This document shows positions 58,979 to 64,000 of a stretch of DNA of 64,000 nt, one piece after another. Location of the stretch: NCBI GenBank assembly GCA_035506955.1, contig DATJOO010000094.1, positions 3,089 through 67,088 on the forward strand, given 5' to 3'. Position numbers and translations under genes: made by a program. The notes below the pieces were generated by a model that was not told the origin of the DNA, ran no database searches, and worked only from the letters and a program-made list of their open reading frames with translations. The stretch's first letter is position 1; each line of letters begins with the position of its first letter. The DNA is from Verrucomicrobiia bacterium (lineage in GTDB: Bacteria > Acidobacteriota > Terriglobia > Acidiferrales > UBA7541).

Positions 58979-59054
58979 GGGCGATTAGCTCAGCGGTTAG
59001 AGCGCTCGCCTCACACGCGAGAGGTCAAAGGTTCAAATCCTTTATCGCCCACCA
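58979..59054 (+). tRNA. tRNA-Val (anticodon CAC)
   Basis: 76 nt cloverleaf GGGCGAT...ATCGCCC-ACCA; anticodon arm CTCGC-CTCACAC-GCGAG; T-loop GTTCAAATC; CCA encoded. Confidence 0.97.
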
Positions 59055-59162
59055 TTCCTTTGCATTCTCGCACAATTGCCTTTGAAAACGCCTTTCCATT
59101 GGCCGGATTTGTGACCTAGTTGCTATTTGGTCTCTCGTGCAGGCGTCTTGTATAGTGGCCCC

Positions 59163-59642
59163 ATGCAGACATTCCTTCGCGGTATGGAGTTTCTGAGCCT
59201 CGGCCTGTGGCTAGGTGGTGTCGCCTTGCTCAGTTTCGTTGTAGCCCCTGGCGCCTTTTCGATTCTGGGTAGTCGCGATGCCGCCGGAATGATGGTTGGC
59301 TACTCGCTGGCACGCCTTCATTTTGCAGGCATTTTTCTGGGCCTGCTCTTCCTTTTGGCACGCCTTGCCCGAACCCGAGACTTCGGCAGTTTTACCACGG
59401 CTGCGGCGCTTTGCGTTGTCTTGATGGTAGTGCTTACCGCGGCTTCCCAATTTACGGTCAGCAACCGCATGGAAGGTCTGAAGAAGCAAATGGTGTCCGT
59501 GCAAAATACACCCGAAACCGATCCCCGCCGCGTCGAATTCAACCGCCTTCATCACATCTCGGTAGCCTACGAAGGAGCCGTCCTGCTCTTGGGCTTAGCC
59601 GGGGTATTCCTGCTAGTCCGGGAGATGGCTGTAAAACCCTGA
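59163..59642 (+). CDS. DUF4149 (TMEM205-like) membrane protein
   Basis: 4 TM helices; SFVVAPGAFSIL, EFNRLHHISV. Confidence 0.8.
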   Translation: MQTFLRGMEFLSLGLWLGGVALLSFVVAPGAFSILGSRDAAGMMVGYSLARLHFAGIFLGLLFLLARLARTRDFGSFTTAAALCVVLMVVLTAASQFTVSNRMEGLKKQMVSVQNTPETDPRRVEFNRLHHISVAYEGAVLLLGLAGVFLLVREMAVKP

Positions 59643-59676
59643 CTTACCTCCTCCGTTTGTAGGGTCATCGGAAGGC

Positions 59677-60420
59677 TTACTCAGCCTTGCGCTTTGTGCG
59701 AGCCGCCCGCCTTGGCTTCTTTCGTTTCTTGGTGGGTTTGCGCGCGCGAATTTTGTTCGTGAAGGCGTACCCTGCTTTTTCGAAGGCGCGCCACATATAC
59801 CAGCTTGCTACCGTTCGATACGGGCGCCAGCGTTCGCCAAATTTCAACAATTCGCGCGGCGTGGGCATATGCTTCTTACCGTAAACGACCGACCAGCCTT
59901 TCTTCACTCCCAAATCATGGATCGGCAGCACATCGGGCCGCCCCAGGCGAAAAATCAGAAACATTTCCACGGTCCAGGCGCCAATGCCACGCACCGACAC
60001 CAGCCGCTCGACCAGCTCTTGATCCGACAATAGCAGGGCCCCTTCGTGTGTCGGCACGATGCCCGCCACGGCTTTCTTTGCCAGGTCCTTCATCGACAGC
60101 GCCTTGGCCCGAGACAACCCCGCCTTCCGCAATTTCGCGATCGGCAACTTCAGCATCTTTTCTGGTGCCGGTGGATGTCCATTCTCCCCAAGCTCCTTGA
60201 TTCGCCCATAAATGGTCGCTGCCGCTTTGCCGGAGATCGATTGGTACGTGATGGAGCGGATGAGCACCTCATACGGCGAATGTGTATTGGTCAGATCAAT
60301 TTGAAACGCACGTAGGTCCGGAACAAGTTTTTTTAGTTCGTCGTCGCACGCGCACAAATGTCGGACTGCTTCCTCCAAATCAAAGGGCAGCTTCAAGGCC
60401 GGAATGTTCTCGTTAGTCAT
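59677..60420 (-). CDS. DNA-3-methyladenine glycosylase II (AlkA/HhH-GPD family)
   Basis: SITYQSISGKAA, RGIGAWTVEMFLIF, DVLPIHDLGV, WRPYRTVASWYMW. Confidence 0.93.
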   Translation of the reverse strand: MTNENIPALKLPFDLEEAVRHLCACDDELKKLVPDLRAFQIDLTNTHSPYEVLIRSITYQSISGKAAATIYGRIKELGENGHPPAPEKMLKLPIAKLRKAGLSRAKALSMKDLAKKAVAGIVPTHEGALLLSDQELVERLVSVRGIGAWTVEMFLIFRLGRPDVLPIHDLGVKKGWSVVYGKKHMPTPRELLKFGERWRPYRTVASWYMWRAFEKAGYAFTNKIRARKPTKKRKKPRRAARTKRKAE

Positions 60421-60424
60421 GGGA

Positions 60425-60439
60425 GTTCAACCATAGTAC
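60425..60439. promoter_or_regulatory. possible LexA box GTTC-N7-GTAC overlapping a -10 (TACTAT on the minus strand)
   Basis: GTTC-AACCATA-GTAC lies 5-19 nt upstream of the glycosylase start. Confidence 0.35.
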
Positions 60440-60615
60440 AGCCAGCCGGTTTTGGTAACACCGCGCGTTGGGACGGCGCGGGTAAGCGGTGCGACAGGCT
60501 CGATATGGTAAAATTGCGTGATCGCTTGATCGAAATTTCGTGCACTGTCACCATTGGTTCCGTCGAAGAACCATTCACCTGACATCGCATACTTGAACGA
60601 AGGACTGCTCAATTC

Positions 60616-61683
60616 ATGCAAACTGGCATTATTGGCTTGCCGCAGGTCGGTAAAACCACGCTGTTCCGCATCTTGACCAAGGCGCAAGTGGACGCCAGAG
60701 GCGGACAGGCCACCCACGTTGGCGTAGCGAAGGTTCCCGAGCCACGGCTTCTCGAACTGGCAAAGCTCTACAATCCCAAGAAAATCACCTACGCCTCGGT
60801 ACAGTATGTCGATCTGCCCGGCGTGCAGAAAGAGCGCATGCGCGAAAGCCTGGCGACTCTTCGCGACGTCGACGCCATCGCTCACGTCATCCGCGTTTTC
60901 GACGACCCCAGCGTCCCGCATCCCGAAGGTTCGATTGATCCGCTGCGCGACGCCACCAACCTGGACCTCGAGCTCATCCTCTCCGATCACGAGCAGATCA
61001 CCAAGCGGCTGGAGCGCGTCGAGAAAGATTTGAAGAAAAAGAAGGACCCCAACCTCGAACTGGAAAAAGCGGTTTTGGAAAAGTGCAAAGCGCACCTGGA
61101 AGCCGAAAAGCCTTTGCGCGAACTCGAACTCACGCCCGAAGAACGTAAACCGATTGGCGGTTTTCTTTTCTTGTCGCAACGGCCCATGCTCTACGTTTTG
61201 AATTTGGGTGATGAAGAAGCAGCGGAAATGGATAAGGCCATCGAGAAGCACAAACTTTCCGCATTACAAGGTCGCCCGAACACCGCGGTTGTCGCCGTTT
61301 GTGGCCGCCTGGAAGCCGAACTCGCGGAAATGGACGAAAAGGAAGCCGCGGAGTTGCTGGCCTCTTACGGCCTGAAAGAACCGGGCCTCAATCGTTTGAT
61401 TCGTGCCACGTACGATTTGATGGGTCTTTTCCCGTTCTTCACCGCGGGCGAACCGGAAGTGCGCGCCTGGACCATTCGTAAGGGTTCCACCGCTGTGAAA
61501 GCCGCCGGGGAGATTCACAGCGACATCGAGAAAGGTTTCATCCGCGCTGAAGTCGTGCGTTGCGAAGACTTGCTTGCCGCTGGCAGCATCGCCGCCGCCA
61601 AGGAAAAGGCGCAGGTCCGCCTTGAGGGTAAGGACTACATCGTGCAAGAAGGCGATGTGATTCTTTTCCGCCACAGCGGATAA
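60616..61683 (+). CDS. ychF: redox-regulated ATPase YchF
   Basis: GLPQVGKTT, VDLPG, FFTAGEPEVRAWTI, AGEIHSDIEKGFIRAEV, EGKDYIVQEGDV. Confidence 0.96.
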   Translation: MQTGIIGLPQVGKTTLFRILTKAQVDARGGQATHVGVAKVPEPRLLELAKLYNPKKITYASVQYVDLPGVQKERMRESLATLRDVDAIAHVIRVFDDPSVPHPEGSIDPLRDATNLDLELILSDHEQITKRLERVEKDLKKKKDPNLELEKAVLEKCKAHLEAEKPLRELELTPEERKPIGGFLFLSQRPMLYVLNLGDEEAAEMDKAIEKHKLSALQGRPNTAVVAVCGRLEAELAEMDEKEAAELLASYGLKEPGLNRLIRATYDLMGLFPFFTAGEPEVRAWTIRKGSTAVKAAGEIHSDIEKGFIRAEVVRCEDLLAAGSIAAAKEKAQVRLEGKDYIVQEGDVILFRHSG

Positions 61684-61783
61684 CAGTTCATTGTGATCCG
61701 TCCGGAGTTCGTAACTGACAGCTTTCTCATGGGTTTTGTTTCCCTGCGACCCGAAAACTGATACCTTCAAACTGCCTTCACCT

Positions 61784-62572
61784 ATGATTTCCAAACGAGC
61801 CGGCGCCTGGACTCTGGTCTCCATCACTCTGGGTTGTGCCGTAGCGTTTCTTCTTTCGCCGCGGATTCCTCAGCCGCAGGCTTATCACGATTTTGCAGAT
61901 CATCGCGCGCGCTTAGGCATTACGAACTTTAACGACGTAGTGTCCAACCTGCCCTTCGCCATTGTTGGCATCTGGGGCTGGGCTTTCTTGGCGAGCAAAT
62001 CTTCCCGTGCGCAATTTATCCAGCATCGCGAACGCTGGCCTTATTTCCTGATGTTCCTGGGATTGTTGTGGACGGCCTTCGGTTCTGCTTACTATCACCT
62101 TGCGCCCGAGAACGCCCGGCTCGTTTGGGATCGTCTGCCCATGACCATCGTATTTATGCCGCTGGTCGCCGCGATGATCATGGAGCGTTTAGATGTGGCT
62201 TGGGGTCTGCGCCTACTGCCAATCTTTATGGCCATTGGAATTGTCAGCGTCATCCAGTGGCGCATAAGCGAACCGCGCGGCGTGGGCGACCTCCGTTTTT
62301 ATGCGGCCGTGCAGTTATACTCTGTATTTGCCGTTCTCGCGTTGTTGTTTGTGCATCCTCGTTACACTCGCAATTCGGATTTTGCCTGGATTTTGCTTTG
62401 TTATGTGTTGGCGAAAGTGTTCGAAACAGCCGACCGGACCATTTTTCGCTTGGATGGTGGATTCGTCAGCGGTCACACCTTGAAGCACTTGGCCGCCGGC
62501 ATCGCGGGCTATTTGATCTTGAGAATGTTACAAAAGCGCCGGCCCTATGCTGAATTGGCCAGCAGTTCGTAA
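61784..62572 (+). CDS. alkaline ceramidase-like (CREST superfamily) membrane hydrolase
   Basis: YHDFAD, NVVSN-like DVVSNLPF, GSAYYHL, WDRLPM, SGHTLKHL; 7 TM helices. Confidence 0.82.
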   Translation: MISKRAGAWTLVSITLGCAVAFLLSPRIPQPQAYHDFADHRARLGITNFNDVVSNLPFAIVGIWGWAFLASKSSRAQFIQHRERWPYFLMFLGLLWTAFGSAYYHLAPENARLVWDRLPMTIVFMPLVAAMIMERLDVAWGLRLLPIFMAIGIVSVIQWRISEPRGVGDLRFYAAVQLYSVFAVLALLFVHPRYTRNSDFAWILLCYVLAKVFETADRTIFRLDGGFVSGHTLKHLAAGIAGYLILRMLQKRRPYAELASSS

Positions 62573-62603
62573 TGGTTCGTAGCAGAAGAAATGGCATGCT
62601 GAT

Positions 62604-62630
62604 ATCGCTGATTACTGATACTGATTACTG
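62604..62630. repeat. ATTACTG-type heptamer repeat
   Basis: ATCGCTG ATTACTG ATACTG ATTACTG between the ceramidase-like and ZIP genes. Confidence 0.6.
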
Positions 62631-62640
62631 AGAGCTTTTC

Positions 62641-63393
62641 ATGCCCTACGATCTTCCATTCCGCATCGCACTCGCCGCTCTGGTGGGCCTCATCGCCGCT
62701 GCTGGCAACGTCCTCGGCGGCTACTTCGTGGTTCGCCGCGAATGGCCACGCAAATACCTGCAATATTTCGTCGCGCTCGGTGCGGGTTACATGCTCAGCG
62801 TGGCTTTTGTCGAAGTGATTCCAGAGTCGGTGCACCTGGCGGGAGAGCAAGCGCTGCTCTTCGTGCTGATCGGCTACTTCCTGATCCACCTGTTCGAGCA
62901 CACCATCTCGCCGCACTTTCATTTCGGAGAAGAAACTCACACCGAGGAAATGCACGGCCATCACCATGCCCGCCGCACCGTCTTGCTTGGCATGGTTATT
63001 CACACCTTCTTCGATGGCGTGGCCATTGCCGCAGGCTTTCTGATTTCCACCTGGCTCGGCCTGGTAATTTTCGCCGCTGTCTTTCTTCACAAGTTGCCCG
63101 AGGGCTTTACTGTCGCTTCTGTCGTGCTTGCCAGCGGACAAGGCAAGAGCAGCGCGGTTCGCGCCGCCGGCCTTCTAGGCGCTGCTACCTTGGCCGGAGT
63201 ACTCCTGACCAGCCAACTTCAGGGGCAGCTCAAATATGCTTTGCCGCTCTCGGGCGGCGTTACCGTTTACGTCGCCGCCACGGATCTGTTGCCTGAGGTG
63301 AACCGCGAGCCGAACTGGCGGATGGCGCTCCTGGTTTTTATCGGCGTTGCTAGTTTATTGATTCTAAAGGCCTTGTTTCATGTCGAGGCCTAG
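62641..63393 (+). CDS. ZIP family divalent metal transporter
   Basis: ALGAGYML, His-rich loop HFHFGEETHTEEMHGHHH, IHTFFDG, LHKLPEG, DLLPE. Confidence 0.93.
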   Translation: MPYDLPFRIALAALVGLIAAAGNVLGGYFVVRREWPRKYLQYFVALGAGYMLSVAFVEVIPESVHLAGEQALLFVLIGYFLIHLFEHTISPHFHFGEETHTEEMHGHHHARRTVLLGMVIHTFFDGVAIAAGFLISTWLGLVIFAAVFLHKLPEGFTVASVVLASGQGKSSAVRAAGLLGAATLAGVLLTSQLQGQLKYALPLSGGVTVYVAATDLLPEVNREPNWRMALLVFIGVASLLILKALFHVEA

Positions 63394-63478
63394 CGAAACC
63401 TCGCCCGTACCTTCCCCGCCTCCTTGCTCCGAACCGCAACTTTCTGAGAACAAACGTGTTTGCTACAGTGTGGGTGCT

Positions 63479-64000
63479 ATGGCCAGGACCGACGTCCAAC
63501 TTATGCTGGACGTGAAAGCTGGTGACGAAGCCTCATTCGAGCTTCTATTGCACCGCTATCGCACTCCACTCGTCAACTTCCTGTATCGCATGGTGCGCAA
63601 CAGGGAGCAGGCGGAAGATCTCGCCCAGGATGTTTTCCTGCGCGTTTATCGCGCGCGCGAAGACTACGTGCCGAGCGCCAAGTTCACCACTTGGCTGTTC
63701 CGGATCGCCACCAATTTGGCGCTCAACTCGGTGCGCGATAACCGCTACCAGAGGTTGGAGGTTTCCATCGACGCGCCGGTCACCGTCGATGCCGAAGATG
63801 GCGACGAAAGGCCGCTGGATGTTCCGGAAAAGCACCCGAATATCGAGCAGCATCTCGTCGAGGATGTACGAAAGAAGATGATTCGCCATGCCATCGATAA
63901 GCTGCCGGAAAAGCAGCGCGCGGCGGTCCTGCTGCACAAGTATCAGGAGCTGGATTACGCGGAGATCGCCAAGATTCTCAGCTGCTCGGAGAGCGCGCTA
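63479..64000 (+). CDS. ECF-type sigma70 factor (3' end outside the window)
   Basis: own translation MARTDVQLMLDVKAGDEASFELLLHRY...AEDLAQDVFLRVY...FTTWLFRIATN...LPEKQRAAVLL...YAEIAKIL (regions 2 and 4); open to the window edge. Confidence 0.93.
   Translation, partial: MARTDVQLMLDVKAGDEASFELLLHRYRTPLVNFLYRMVRNREQAEDLAQDVFLRVYRAREDYVPSAKFTTWLFRIATNLALNSVRDNRYQRLEVSIDAPVTVDAEDGDERPLDVPEKHPNIEQHLVEDVRKKMIRHAIDKLPEKQRAAVLLHKYQELDYAEIAKILSCSESAL

Noticed and set aside
58979-59160. tRNA-Val as an integration site for an island
   Set aside because: No integrase, no duplicated tRNA 3' end and no compositional shift next to it
63430-63470. Autoregulatory ECF promoter (AAC...CGT)
   Set aside because: AAC-to-CGT spacings are 14 or 20 nt, outside the usual 16-17

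Overview
A GC-rich, gene-dense chromosomal segment of a bacterium. It is probably an Acidobacteriota member, which I infer from the gene repertoire, gene order and style of intergenic palindromes. It holds about 57 protein-coding genes, mostly housekeeping: rnc, lepB, uvrB, groES/groEL with a perfect CIRCE operator, scattered riboflavin genes (ribBA-like, ribE, ribD), ftsY, a phospholipid/cinA cluster (pgpA, cinA, thpR, plsY, gpsA, aas), rimO, yacG, mutY, a MoxR-DUF58-transglutaminase set and ychF. There is one tRNA-Val(CAC) and a truncated ECF sigma factor at the right edge. I found no rRNA, CRISPR array, transposase, integrase or prophage. The most interesting unexplained items are: (1) two adjacent paralogous small Cys-rich proteins sharing a CSLLPxGxVxCxMxCL motif (36392-36999); (2) a structured RNA candidate of about 105 nt with its own near-consensus sigma70 promoter (320-424); (3) a RibB fusion whose GTP cyclohydrolase II domain keeps the Zn cysteines but has lost the catalytic Arg; (4) an AT-rich membrane-protein gene broken by a one-base homopolymer frameshift (42773-43220); (5) dispersed heptamer and REP-like intergenic repeats. 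Gene calls rest on motif recognition only; no database searches were run.
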